A model generated the notes under the pieces. It made no database searches, was not told the origin of the DNA, and worked only from the letters and a program-made list of their open reading frames with translations. 64,000 nt of DNA from Dehalococcoidia bacterium (GTDB taxonomy: Bacteria; Chloroflexota; Dehalococcoidia; Lucifugimonadales; UBA2985): positions 1,604,864-1,668,863 of the forward strand of contig OZ242025.1 in assembly GCA_965204895.1 (NCBI GenBank). The letters are read 5' to 3'. The translations under genes were made by a program, and so were the position numbers. Shown piece after piece: positions 29,366 through 40,186 of this stretch (the first letter of the stretch is position 1; the number at the start of each line of letters is the position of its first letter).

Positions 29366-29618
29366 ACAACACCACAACAACGCCGGACTGTTGAGGCTGA
29401 GCGGACTGTTTCGCAGAGAACGCGGAAGCCCTTGGCCGCAGGTACGTGTTATAGCTGCGGCGCAACCGGCGTCTACCAATGCCTAAGGGGCCCCACATCT
29501 GACCCCGAGAAACTGTATAGCTGTTTATTCGGATTTGCCAACAAGACTGTTGCCAACAACCTTGTTGGCATGTTATGCTGGGCCTTACAGACTTATAGAA
29601 GCAAGGGAGGCAGCCCGT

Positions 29619-30872
29619 TTGACCACCCGACTTAGGAAACAGCCGTCCAACTGGGTCGACGGCGACCAGTTCTTCGACCGTGAAGCCGAACTCGAGGCAC
29701 TGAAGGAGCGTGTCGCGGAAGGCACCCACACGCTACTCACAGCCCAGCGGCGGATGGGCAAGACCAGCTTGGTGAGGGAACTACTACGCCGGCTGAAGGC
29801 AGACGGAGGCTACGAAACCCTATTTGTCGACCTTGAGGGCGCCGGCACACCTGCGGACGCCGTAGCCGAGATCGCCTTTGCGGCCCGTTCGATCTCCACC
29901 GCTTGGATACGCATCAGATCTGGTTTTGCCAATTTCCTACAGGGTGTTGGAGATCGCATCGAAGCTGTGGAAGTTGCCGATCTGAAGGTGAGGCTTCGCT
30001 CAGGGATCGACAGCGGAACTTGGGACCGCCGAGGCGATGAAGTCTTCGCGGCTCTAGCGGCGGTTGACAGGCCGGTGGTCCTCGCCATCGACGAGTTGCC
30101 CATACTCGTTAACAGGCTACTCAAGGGGCATGACTATCAGATTACGCCGGAGCGACGCGCGACAACTGACCTATTCTTGAGCTGGCTAAGGAGAAACGGT
30201 CAAACACATCGCGGCAAGATCACTCTGATTGTCTCAGGAAGTATTGGTCTCGATCCACTCTTGAGCCAGGCACGCCTCAGCGCTCAGGCGAACATCTTCT
30301 CGCCCTTCGAACTGAAGCCCTGGAACGAAGAAACGGCCATGGAATGCCTGGCTGCATTGGCACGCTGGCATCAAGTTGACCTTCCTATCGAAGTGCGGAG
30401 AAGGATGTGTGACCTCCTGCGCCGCTGCATTCCCCAGCATATCCAGCAGTTCTTCGATCACCTACACGAGCACCTGCGTCGGGAGGCCCGGCCAGTGGCC
30501 AATATCGACGACGTTGCTCACGTGTTCTACCGCGACCTACTGAGCGTAAGGGGCCAGATTAACCTTCAGCACTACGAGGACAGACTAAGAACGGTCATGG
30601 GGAACCAAGGCTACACTACCGCAATTAGCATCCTCACTGAAGCTGCCGTAAATGGTGGCTTGCTGACTGAGCACGCCGCCCGCAGCTACGAGAACGAGCT
30701 CATGGCTTCAAGACATCCGGACGACCTGTCGATCAACGGCATCTTGCACCTGCTGGAGCATGACGGCTATCTCGAACGCCAGGATGAAGGCTACCGTTTC
30801 GTGTCTGGTCTGCTTGAGGAGTGGTGGCGGGCCCGGCACGGCAGGTTCTTCACCCCAATTGCTGAAAGGTAG
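29619..30872 (+). CDS. STAND/AAA+-type P-loop ATPase
   Basis: GGGAGG RBS and TTG at 29619; FFDREAEL, Walker A AQRRMGKTS, Walker B VVLAIDE, sensor VSGS, C-terminal wHTH-like region. Confidence 0.85.
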   Translation: MTTRLRKQPSNWVDGDQFFDREAELEALKERVAEGTHTLLTAQRRMGKTSLVRELLRRLKADGGYETLFVDLEGAGTPADAVAEIAFAARSISTAWIRIRSGFANFLQGVGDRIEAVEVADLKVRLRSGIDSGTWDRRGDEVFAALAAVDRPVVLAIDELPILVNRLLKGHDYQITPERRATTDLFLSWLRRNGQTHRGKITLIVSGSIGLDPLLSQARLSAQANIFSPFELKPWNEETAMECLAALARWHQVDLPIEVRRRMCDLLRRCIPQHIQQFFDHLHEHLRREARPVANIDDVAHVFYRDLLSVRGQINLQHYEDRLRTVMGNQGYTTAISILTEAAVNGGLLTEHAARSYENELMASRHPDDLSINGILHLLEHDGYLERQDEGYRFVSGLLEEWWRARHGRFFTPIAER

Positions 30873-30891
30873 AGGTTTGGAGAGGCCCAAG

Positions 30892-33021
30892 ATGGCGGTG
30901 GCAACCAAGAAATACAACCCCGGCTTCCTCTCTGACAACGAGATCATAGAGACGTTCTGCGTACGCCGCGATGAGTTCGCATCGATCATGGAGTCCGTGC
31001 GGGAATGTACGGGCAATTCCAATACGCACACCATAGTCATCGGACCACGCGGGAGCGGGAAGACCCATCTGCTCCTGCGAGTGGCGGCCGAAGTGCGCCG
31101 GGACGCCTCACTCTCTGGCTACTTCTCGGTCGTCTTGTCCGAGGAGAGCTACGAGGTCGCCACGATAGGAGAGTTCTGGTTAGAGTGCCTGGCACGTCTG
31201 GCAGAGCAGGCTCCCGCAACCGAACGCTCCCAGCTGCGCCGCTCTTATTCCGACATCAGGGAGACGGCTGATGACCGGGACCTGGCGGACCGGTCCCTGG
31301 GTTCGATTCTGACCTTTGCTGACCGACACGAGGTGCGCGTCCTGCTGGTCGTCGAAAACATGAACATGCTCTTCTCGGACATGGCCGACCCTGACGCAGG
31401 TTGGCGATTACGCCAGACGCTCCAGGTCGAGCCCCGGATCATCCTCCTTGGAAGTGCCACAAGCCGATTTGCGGAGATAGACAGTCCAGACCGTTCCCTG
31501 TACGAACTCTTCAGGGTCGTTACATTGTCGGCACTGGACACTGAGGGTTGTGGCACGCTCTGGTCGTCACTGTCAGGACAACCCAGGGGAAGCCAGCAGA
31601 TAAGGCCGCTCCAGATCCTTACCGGGGGGAACCCTCGCCTGATCTCTGTGGTAGCCGGTTTCGAGAAGACGTACTCATTCAGGGACCTCATGTCCAATCT
31701 GCTGGATCTGGTTGATGAGCATACCGAGTACTTCAAGAGCCATATCGAAGCCCTTCCGCCCCAAGAGAGGCGGGTGTACCTGGCCCTGGCCAGGTTGTGG
31801 AAACCGGCGTCGGCCAGTGAAGTCGCTTCGCAGGCTCGCGTGAAGGTCAATGCCTGCAGCGCTCTGCTCAAGCGGCTGGCAGATCGCGGGGCTGTGTCGA
31901 TAGAAAGCGGATCGAGGCGGCGGCGAACATATTATGTCGCCGAAAGGATGTACAACATCTACTACTTGCTCAGGCGCCCCGGCGCCGAGAGCTACGTTGT
32001 CGATGCACTGGTTCACTTTATGGCGAGCTACTACTCTCCGGACGAACTGGTGGACATTGGCATCAGCATGGCCGAGGGCTTGAACGAGGCGGAACCTCGA
32101 CTGAAGGACGTCCAGTTCAAGGCGTTTCGACAGTTGATTGCGTTGCCGGAGCTAGGAGACCTGCTCGTCGACCTGTTGACCCAGGACTCCGTCATAGCTG
32201 CATTTGGTACCGTTCAGGAACCCGAGTATGTCGAGCCAGTGATTAGCGCATTGATTGCCAAAGCGAAAACCACGGCAGCCGAGCAGCGTTTGGAGGAGGC
32301 TCTCGGCTATTGGGATGAAGCAATCCGGATAGCCGACGAAATTGGAGCCGACCACTTGATCGTCGCCAAGGGTGTAGCGACGTTGAACAGAATCAGTCTG
32401 CTGAGGAAGCTGGGCCGGAACGAGGAAGCTATTGAAACAGTAGCTGTGAATTACTTGGATCGTGACCAACGCGTTGGTGTCGACATGGCGGACCTAATCG
32501 TCAGCCTGGAGTTAGGCGTTGGTGACGTCTCAGTCCATCCTATTGGAATAGTCTACCGGGCCTTCACACTGCTCACGTTCGGAAACGTTGAAGCGGCCTT
32601 GAGGGAGGTCGATTCCGCTTTGGGGCGTCTCGAAGACGCGACCGGTGATAAAGATCGACTGTTGCGGCAGGTGGCGATCGTTATGAAGGGACTACTGGCG
32701 GCGACAAAGGGGCGAGCGATCCGGAAGACTGATGCCGAGATGCTGGTCTCGGACATTGCAGAGCAAGGTTTTGGAATGCTACCGACCCACAGTGTGCATG
32801 TCCTGCTCCAATACGTCGCAACGATTGAACCGACCGAGGCGTTGATCATGATTGAACGAGCCGGTGCGATTGACCCTCTGCAACCGATTGTGGTTGCGTT
32901 GCGGAGAGAACTTGGACAGAGCCCCTCAGTGGCTCGAGAACTGGATGAGGTGTCCAATGACGTTCAACACACCATCACTCAGATGAGGGAAGGCCTCAAC
33001 CCTGACTTCGATCAGGACTGA
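30892..33021 (+). CDS. STAND-like ATPase with wHTH and C-terminal TPR-like repeats
   Basis: KYNPGFL start, Walker A GPRGSGKT, Walker B LLVVEN, TGGNPR (GxP), helical TPR-like C-half. Confidence 0.85.
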   Translation: MAVATKKYNPGFLSDNEIIETFCVRRDEFASIMESVRECTGNSNTHTIVIGPRGSGKTHLLLRVAAEVRRDASLSGYFSVVLSEESYEVATIGEFWLECLARLAEQAPATERSQLRRSYSDIRETADDRDLADRSLGSILTFADRHEVRVLLVVENMNMLFSDMADPDAGWRLRQTLQVEPRIILLGSATSRFAEIDSPDRSLYELFRVVTLSALDTEGCGTLWSSLSGQPRGSQQIRPLQILTGGNPRLISVVAGFEKTYSFRDLMSNLLDLVDEHTEYFKSHIEALPPQERRVYLALARLWKPASASEVASQARVKVNACSALLKRLADRGAVSIESGSRRRRTYYVAERMYNIYYLLRRPGAESYVVDALVHFMASYYSPDELVDIGISMAEGLNEAEPRLKDVQFKAFRQLIALPELGDLLVDLLTQDSVIAAFGTVQEPEYVEPVISALIAKAKTTAAEQRLEEALGYWDEAIRIADEIGADHLIVAKGVATLNRISLLRKLGRNEEAIETVAVNYLDRDQRVGVDMADLIVSLELGVGDVSVHPIGIVYRAFTLLTFGNVEAALREVDSALGRLEDATGDKDRLLRQVAIVMKGLLAATKGRAIRKTDAEMLVSDIAEQGFGMLPTHSVHVLLQYVATIEPTEALIMIERAGAIDPLQPIVVALRRELGQSPSVARELDEVSNDVQHTITQMREGLNPDFDQD

Positions 33022-33234
33022 AGGGGGATGTTCGTTGTGAGGGTGCTGTTGCGATTTGAAGGAATTAGCGAGACCGTGAGGAGAAACTGAAGCCGAAGCA
33101 GCGCTGTTCTACATTCTTGCATTGGTGTTTTACATGCCTAGGTTGATCAAGTTGGAGATAGAAGTCCTGAGAAAGGCAATGCACCTGTATAGGGTTTACG
33201 AATATTGGAGTCGAGTGGACAACTGGTGGGTGAG

Positions 33235-34110
33235 ATGAATGGCCAGAAGGAAGACGTGAAGGATACCTGTCCTCCTCTGTCCAGCCTCTTAACCTTGAAA
33301 GTCAAAGTGACAGCCGACGGAGTCGGTTGTCTATTTGGGCGTCTTGAGCACCATCAGAGCGAAGCTGCCGCAATGTCGCTAGCATGCAGTATCGCTAGGC
33401 GACGACTCCCAGACGATAGACTCTTCGAATTGTGGCATGGTCATGCTACGGGTGAGACTGAAGGGGAACTGAGCGACATAGACTCCTTAGTCTTGCAAGC
33501 AGCACTCCTACAGAATCTTGGATCACCTGCTGAACCTGCTATCGATCAACACTTACTTGGTCTCGTCGCTGAAGGTATGTGGCAGGGTGTGATAGAGCAC
33601 ATTGACGTCGGCCTCGGGACTCCTATCCGAGTCGAGGGTCATGACTGGTCTGTAACTGACCCGGGTGGTGATGGTCTGACGGTCTACGGCTCAAGTGGTA
33701 GCTACTGCTATCGGTTATGGGAGTCAAAGTATCACGGCACCGACGAGGTGCTTAAGACGACAGTCAACGGGGCATGTAAACAGGTAGGCAATCGAGCTCT
33801 CGAATATCTGGCGCGCTTCTCGCTCGTGGCACAATACCTCTCCGAAGACCAACAACTGGCGGCATTCTACGGGCGTCTAGCTGAGCTTTGGGCTGACAAA
33901 GACCCAGCTGCTGGTGTCGGAATCGTAGTCGGGACCGACAGTGATCACAGGGAGGACGGTGAAGACTGTTTCGAGGGAATGACGACTCATTTTGAGCTGA
34001 CTGCTGATCAACACCAAGGACACCTTAATCTGGTCGACGGCTTCCGGACATTTGCTGAATCAGTCCGACGAGTTCTGTGGAAAGGCTGTGGGCTATGGAC
34101 CGAGCCTTAG
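33235..34110 (+). CDS. Hachiman HamA-like PD-(D/E)xK nuclease
   Basis: GLVAE...GGDGL...LWESK motif; overlaps the downstream helicase start. Start could be 33205. Confidence 0.65.
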   Translation: MNGQKEDVKDTCPPLSSLLTLKVKVTADGVGCLFGRLEHHQSEAAAMSLACSIARRRLPDDRLFELWHGHATGETEGELSDIDSLVLQAALLQNLGSPAEPAIDQHLLGLVAEGMWQGVIEHIDVGLGTPIRVEGHDWSVTDPGGDGLTVYGSSGSYCYRLWESKYHGTDEVLKTTVNGACKQVGNRALEYLARFSLVAQYLSEDQQLAAFYGRLAELWADKDPAAGVGIVVGTDSDHREDGEDCFEGMTTHFELTADQHQGHLNLVDGFRTFAESVRRVLWKGCGLWTEP

Positions 34111-37100
34111 ACCTTCAACTCTTGACTAGCGCACTGGGAGAGCACCCTCGGTTGCCATCTCCGGAGGCTCTCCAAAGGCTACTTTCAGAGGCTGAAGTCA
34201 ATCTCTTCACACATCGAGCGGAATTCGATCCTCAGTTGCTCGACACTGGTTGGTATCTCCAATCGGTAGCTACGGCACGGGAGGACCTAGACCTGTATGG
34301 CATCGAGCGACAGCGGCAGGCGCACCAGGTCTCTGCACATATCTTTGATCTGGCCCTACAGCGTGAAAACCTGACGGGCTTGGAGGTGCTGCAGTACACG
34401 TTCGCAGCGCAGATTGCGTACATGGGTGGGGAGTTGACGCCGAACGCTGCTGCGCTCGCCCGGCGCCTCGCAATTGTTCGAGAGCCCGAACAATTGGGGA
34501 ATCCCGGAATCGTTTCCCTTGAGGCGGGAGTGCTCTTGTTAGCCCTTAACAGGCCTGCTCTTTATCCGCTACTCGACAGGCGGATCACCCAATTGGACTC
34601 TCTCGCCGCTGAGTTCGGCGATATCCGCGATTCGCAATATGCCTCAGCCGATGGTGTCGTAAGGGGAGTTCGTGACCTTACAAGCTACCTCACTTACGGC
34701 TCTAGCGATGTATTGTCTCGCGCGCGAGCCCATTTGAGACGAGCACTTGAGAGTCGAGAAGCGCCCAGTGACGTTGAGTCCCGTTGGGTAGCTGCACACC
34801 TGTTGAGGATGGCGGATGGCCTGGAGACAAGCTCCGTATGGAGTGTACTGCCCTCCAACCTCCCGAGTGCGGCACGTGCCATGACGTTAGGCGATCCGCC
34901 GGTTCTGCAGCTATGGCCTCCGCAACTGTCGTTTCTTACTGGCGGCGAACCAGGGGAACCATCACCTCTGGACCCCTCCGTGCGACGAGTGATCCTCTCT
35001 TTCCCTACCAGCGCAGGGAAGAGTCTATTGGCGCAACTGTTTATTACTTCCCATGTTGTGGGGGGTAAGGGTGACGTGTGCGTCGTTGCCCCAACACACA
35101 GCCTCTGCCGCGAACTGAGTGCTTCCCTGCGGCGACGCCTCAGGACGCTCGGACAGCACCTGTATGTCGAGCCACCTCTCGGTCTTGGTGTAGCGAAGCC
35201 AGCAGCAGCCCGAGTCGCTGTTATGACTCCCGAAAGGCTTGCGGGCCGACTTCGTAGTGATCCAGCCGGACTACTCGACGAATTCGGAATGTTTGTCATC
35301 GATGAGGCACACCTTGTCGCGGATCCGGAACGAGGTTGGCGTTTGGAGGAGACTCTCTCCTTACTAAATCACGTCACGAAGGCTACACACCATCGGATCC
35401 TAGTGCTCTCAGCAGCTCTTGGTAGTCAGGCGCATGTGATGGCTTGGCTCGATGACGGTAACGGCGTGCTCGCACGGCATAACGATTGGCGTGGTCCCCG
35501 GCGTTTGTCTGTGATCTTTACGACGAGACCAGACTGGGAATCTGAAACCTTCGAGGAACCTCAGGGCTCACGCCTCGCGCGACGCGTTGCTCCGCTCGTG
35601 GGGGTGGTGCATCTCCGAACGGGACTCGCTGGATCCATCACCAGAGGAGAATTCTCCGAACCTGTCGGTGAACTCGTGCGCCGGCAAAAGAGAGATGGTG
35701 GTTGGACGCGCGATGGACAGAGCACCACTCAGAGGGCCCAATTGTTGCCTCTGATCGACCACATTCGGCAGACCGGATCGGTTCTGGTTATTGAAGCAAC
35801 GAAGAGTTCTGTGCAGAGGCTTGCCGAAGAGATCGCCGACTCTCTCGAAGACGATCCTGCGACATTTGCACTTGCTGACCTGGTTCGGACGAGGCTAGGA
35901 CCTGAACATCCCCTTGCGCGAGTGATTCCAAAGGCCGTCGCCTTTCATCATGCAGCTCTTCCTGTCGACATACAGTCAGAAATCGAGGACGCCGTTCGAG
36001 CCGAGCAAATCAAATGCCTGGTTGCAACCACCACACTGACTGAAGGCATCAATCTCCCCTTCAAAAGCGTTGTTGTTGCCCAACGGGGCTTTCGAGACTC
36101 CGATGGTTTCGTCGAGGTGGTTGATGATGCGCGACTGCTCAACGCTGTTGGACGAGCGGGGCGCGCGGGGCGCGAAACTGAGGGGTGGTTGATACTTGCG
36201 GAACATCGACCCTTCCACGCATCCATGTTTGAGCCGCTCAATAGAACTGCGATTGACCTCGAAATGCAGTCGACCATGGTATCGGAGGTTGCCCTCCATC
36301 AGCTCGCAGAACTAGAAGAAGCGGCAAGGGCGGGAGAAGATGCGATATTCGCGAACGTTGGTCCCGAAGCAAACGGTTTCGTTCGGAGTGTGTGGCTCAT
36401 CGCCCAAGCATTGTCGGAACTGAGTGCTACTCCCAGCGATGAGGAAGTGCTAGACGCCATCAAGGCTACACTCGCCTGGCAACAGTTGGACGAGGCCGGC
36501 AAAGAAAAGTTCCTGGAAGTGGCGTCACGAGCATATCGCGCCTTTTCAGAGCATCCAGTCGAAACAAGGAAAAGGTGGGCCCACTCAGGAATGTCACTCC
36601 CCAGTGCAGCATCCTTGGAGGTGGTCGCGGAAGAAGTACTTGGAATGATTACAGAGGACATCGCCCAGAGTGAACCACCGCTGGCTATCGCAGAGATCCT
36701 CGGGGACGGGCGTCTTGCGCGCATCCTGGAATTGGCGGAGAACCAGAGGAGGGGATTCAAGGCGAGTCGGAACTCTCCGCGGGATGAACTCTTGCCCGTC
36801 GACCTTATGGCTCTTCTCATCGACTGGGTGTCCGGTGTTGATCTTCAGGATCTCGGAGACAGGCACCTCGGAGCCGTAGGGAGCGAGGACTACCGCTACG
36901 AACAGCTAGCTGAGTTCGTCGCATCCGTCTTTGAACACTACCTGCCTTGGGCCTTGGGTACTGTAATTGATTGGGTGAATGACGCGCTTCAGTCCAAGCC
37001 AACATCCTTCAAGATCCCAGATGACCTGGCTGCAGCGGTCCATTATGGAGTCGCTACAAGGGACGCGCTGAGTCTTATGCAGGGTGGTGTTCGCTCACGT

Positions 37101-37553
37101 AGGCTCGCCAACCGTGTAGCTGAGAACCGCGCCGCGCATGAGACGGAATCAAAGGAGACGCCACTACGGGATTGGCTTACAAGTCAGGACATTTCCGTGT
37201 GGCGTACCAGTTTCGATGCATCGCCTACGGAAGTCGCCGACTTGCTGGCCTTCTCTCGCGACCCGAGCGTTCAACTTGTCAACAGAGTCCTTGAAGGAGA
37301 GGACTATGTTCTGCCGTATGTCGAGCGCGCCGCCATCCTCTTCGAGTCCCAAGCCAGTCTCGAATATGAGCCAGATCAGCCAACGCCTGCGCCACTGGTA
37401 ATACTCGTGAATTCTGAGATCGTGGGCGCGGTCGGTCCAGAACACCACGATGATGTCTCTCTACTCTCTGGAATCGGCATACCCCTGGACATTCGGGTCC
37501 GTCCGTCAACGTCAGGTAGCGAACTCCTACTCCGACTAGCATCCGAAATGTAG
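34095..37553 (+). CDS. Ski2-like SF2 DEAH helicase (Hachiman HamB-like)
   Basis: LWPPQ, PTSAGKS, TPER, DEAH, LSA, FHHAAL, TTTLTEGINLP, GRAGRAG; helical N-terminal extension. Confidence 0.85.
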   Translation: MDRALDLQLLTSALGEHPRLPSPEALQRLLSEAEVNLFTHRAEFDPQLLDTGWYLQSVATAREDLDLYGIERQRQAHQVSAHIFDLALQRENLTGLEVLQYTFAAQIAYMGGELTPNAAALARRLAIVREPEQLGNPGIVSLEAGVLLLALNRPALYPLLDRRITQLDSLAAEFGDIRDSQYASADGVVRGVRDLTSYLTYGSSDVLSRARAHLRRALESREAPSDVESRWVAAHLLRMADGLETSSVWSVLPSNLPSAARAMTLGDPPVLQLWPPQLSFLTGGEPGEPSPLDPSVRRVILSFPTSAGKSLLAQLFITSHVVGGKGDVCVVAPTHSLCRELSASLRRRLRTLGQHLYVEPPLGLGVAKPAAARVAVMTPERLAGRLRSDPAGLLDEFGMFVIDEAHLVADPERGWRLEETLSLLNHVTKATHHRILVLSAALGSQAHVMAWLDDGNGVLARHNDWRGPRRLSVIFTTRPDWESETFEEPQGSRLARRVAPLVGVVHLRTGLAGSITRGEFSEPVGELVRRQKRDGGWTRDGQSTTQRAQLLPLIDHIRQTGSVLVIEATKSSVQRLAEEIADSLEDDPATFALADLVRTRLGPEHPLARVIPKAVAFHHAALPVDIQSEIEDAVRAEQIKCLVATTTLTEGINLPFKSVVVAQRGFRDSDGFVEVVDDARLLNAVGRAGRAGRETEGWLILAEHRPFHASMFEPLNRTAIDLEMQSTMVSEVALHQLAELEEAARAGEDAIFANVGPEANGFVRSVWLIAQALSELSATPSDEEVLDAIKATLAWQQLDEAGKEKFLEVASRAYRAFSEHPVETRKRWAHSGMSLPSAASLEVVAEEVLGMITEDIAQSEPPLAIAEILGDGRLARILELAENQRRGFKASRNSPRDELLPVDLMALLIDWVSGVDLQDLGDRHLGAVGSEDYRYEQLAEFVASVFEHYLPWALGTVIDWVNDALQSKPTSFKIPDDLAAAVHYGVATRDALSLMQGGVRSRRLANRVAENRAAHETESKETPLRDWLTSQDISVWRTSFDASPTEVADLLAFSRDPSVQLVNRVLEGEDYVLPYVERAAILFESQASLEYEPDQPTPAPLVILVNSEIVGAVGPEHHDDVSLLSGIGIPLDIRVRPSTSGSELLLRLASEM

Positions 37554-37567
37554 GTGGAAGCAGGACC

Positions 37568-38197
37568 ATGCCTGTAGGTGATGCGGTCATCAAGTGTCGA
37601 GTAAGGCGGGCGGTATCGGACTACATCGCGCATCATCGGGACGACGCGGTCGCCGAGCTGGACTTTTATCGGGCGATGCCGACCCTCCGCAGCGTAATCA
37701 AGGCGGCAGCTCTTGCGCGCACCGGGGATGGTGGGAAGCACCCGCACCAATGGCGGATTCCCTGCAATGTCCTCCGGGAGTTCGGGAGGTGCCTCTCCAG
37801 CAGGGAGCAGGACCTACGGGAAGCACCGTCCTTCGATGAACTCCACCGGGTCGTCCGAGAGGTCGGAGACCGGATCCACGGCATCGGCGTCCTTGCGGTC
37901 TATGACACTGCGCTCCGCATCGGCGTGAAGCGCGATCTCCTTCCAACGCGGGTCTACCTGCACCGCGGCACCATGAGTGGAGCCTGGGCCCTGGGAATCG
38001 ATCGCAGTTGCCCAGTCATCTCCGTTTCGGAATTGCCCGAGCCCTTCGCGGACCTCAAACCACACGAGATCGAGGACTGCCTCTGCATCTTCAAAGGACT
38101 GCTGTCGGGCGAGAAGCTCCTCCGGCCCAGGGGCTGCCGGTGCAGTGGTCGGGGTTGTGCGCGCCGGACCCGTAAAACGACGCGCTCGCACTGCTAA
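37568..38197 (+). CDS. Helix-hairpin-helix glycosylase-superfamily-like protein (aGPT-PPlase-like)
   Basis: IHGIGVLAVYD HhH-like motif, VYLHRGT, EIEDCLCIFK; starts 14 bp after the helicase stop. Confidence 0.55.
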   Translation: MPVGDAVIKCRVRRAVSDYIAHHRDDAVAELDFYRAMPTLRSVIKAAALARTGDGGKHPHQWRIPCNVLREFGRCLSSREQDLREAPSFDELHRVVREVGDRIHGIGVLAVYDTALRIGVKRDLLPTRVYLHRGTMSGAWALGIDRSCPVISVSELPEPFADLKPHEIEDCLCIFKGLLSGEKLLRPRGCRCSGRGCARRTRKTTRSHC

Positions 38198-38384
38198 GCC
38201 TCCATAGTGGGCGATCTCCTCCAGCAAGGCGTAGGCCTGTGATAGCATGGAGCGCGGTGGCGACTTCAGTGGTACTGCCTACCGTCTACCACAGATTCAC
38301 AATCTTCCAAGCCACAGTTCAAAAACGGTTCTGTCTATCGTCAAAATAGGCCCACCATCTGGGGACGGGGGACGCTATCGTGCG

Positions 38385-38931
38385 GTCGACTTGCGTGGGG
38401 AGCGCAGGGTGAACGAGACCCATGAGTCGAGGACGGACCCCGGTGCGAGGCTGGCGCGCAAAGGTGTCGGCAAGGAGGCGCGCCTGTGCTATGAGGGCCA
38501 CGTGTTGATGGACAACCTGCAGGGGCTGGTGGTCGACGTGAAGATCACAGAGGCAACCGGCACGTCAGAACGTGATACCGCCCTCGACATGCTTCAGATG
38601 GCGCCTGGCGGCGGTAGGATCACGGTGGGCGCGGACAGGGGGGGTACGACACCAGGGACTTCGTATGGGACTGTAGGGACATGCACATCACGCCGCACGT
38701 GGCCAGAGACGACACTCGGCGATAGACGGACGGACCACACGGCATGACGGATACAGGTTGCGCCAGCGTGTGCGCAAGCGGGTTGAGTAAGTGTTCGGTT
38801 GGGTCAAGACGGTTGGGGGCGGTCACAAGTTGAGGTACCGTGGAGTGGACCGCAACCAGATGTGGGCCGAGTTGACGGTAGCAGGATACAACCTCGTCCG
38901 TCTGGCCAGACTGGCACAGAACCCGGCCTGA
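38385..38931 (+). mobile_element. IS5-family transposase pseudogene (3' part)
   Basis: NETHESRTDPGARLARKG...GHVLMDN...GADRG/YD...RKRVE*VFGWVK...YNLVRL. Frameshift in the G7 run at 38638-44 and stop at 38788-90. Confidence 0.85.
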
Positions 38932-39260
38932 AGGAAATCGGACTCGTCCTCGAAGTACTCATAGAATCGCTCAGTGTACTCCTCCAGCAGAAGAAACGGC
39001 AGAGAGGTCAATTCGGAGTCTACGGCGAGATTTTCTGCGACGGGCAAGAGGAATATGCTGTCTGGCATGGCCGCTAACCGGCGGATGCGAATAGAGGATA
39101 TGGTCATTTCGATGATCTCCCTTCATCTCGCATTTGACTTGCCGGGAACTAAGCCGGCGTCGGCATGTTTGTCAGGCTTCGGGTTTGCCCGGGCGCCAGG
39201 GTTGAGGGCGGCCAACGATTTCCTGCCAGTCTGGATTGGCGCGGACGCGACCACCGTGAA

Positions 39261-40186
39261 TCAACAGAATGGCAGCTCTCCCAGGTCCGACTGAGTAATA
39301 TCCAACTGATCCTGCAAGCTGGCTGGAACGCAACCGCTCAACTGGTTTTCGCTGAGATTCAGTCTTTCCGGTTGTAGAGGCTGCCCAGCCACGCCGGTAT
39401 CTGACCGCTCAACTGGTTGTCACCCAGATACAACTGCCCCAGGTTGGAGAGGCTGCCCAGTTCCGCCGGTATCTCACCGCTCAACTGGTTTCTGTCGAGG
39501 TACAGCCTTTCCAGGTTGGAGAGGCTGCCCAGTTCCGCCGGTATCTCACCGCTCAACTGGTTCCAGCCGAGCCCCAGCCCTTGCAGGTTGGAAAGGCTGC
39601 CCAGCCACGCCGGTATCCCTCCGCTCAACTGGTTCCAGCCGAGGTCCAGGGTTTCCAGGTTGGAGAGGCTGCCCAACTTCGCTGGTATCTCACCGCTCAA
39701 CCGGTTTCTTCTGAGCCACAGCGTTTGCAGGTTGGAGAGGTTGCCCAGCTCCGCCGGTATCTCACCACTCAACTGGTTTCTGTCGAGGTACAGGCTTTGC
39801 AGATTGGAGAGGCTGCCCAACTCCGCCGGTATCTCACCGCTCAACCGGTTTTCTCTGAGGCTCAGATCTGTGACGCGCCTCGCGTTAGTGGTTACACCGT
39901 GCCACGCTCCCAAAGGTTTGTCGCTCAGCCAGTTGTCATTGCGCGACCAGTTCGCGCCATCGGTAGCGTTGTAGAACGCAATCAGCGCTTCCCTGTCCGC
40001 TCGAATGGCTGCGGGGTCTGCCGTGGGCGTCGGAGAAGGCGTTGGCCAAGGCGTGGGTCCCGGCGCAGTTGGGGGTGGCGGCACAGACGTGGGCGGCGCG
40101 TCCTCCCCGCAAGCGCTCAGGACTACGGCGGCGGCCAGAGCCGCCATGACTGCAAGCCGGCTGATTGTAAGACGGTGCACTCTCAT
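39261..40186 (-). CDS. LRR lipoprotein (24-aa plant-type LRRs) with a 1-bp frameshift near 39370
   Basis: Lipobox VLSAC, DREALIAFY...W cap, 72-bp repeats LxxLxLxxNQLSGEIPAELG. The capping tail NLSENQLSGCVPASL...LPFC* continues in another frame to 39261. Confidence 0.85.

Noticed and set aside
38325-38372. Possible att site or recombinase 3' end (VLSIVKIGPPSG) at the right island border
   Set aside because: I found no matching partner repeat in the window, so it cannot be supported.
38823-39107. Short minus-strand ORF abutting the IS5 relic
   Set aside because: May be a gene fragment, but I could not assign a family.
39380-39860. Regular 72-bp repeats resembling a CRISPR array
   Set aside because: They are in-frame LRR coding repeats with no unique spacers, and there are no cas genes.
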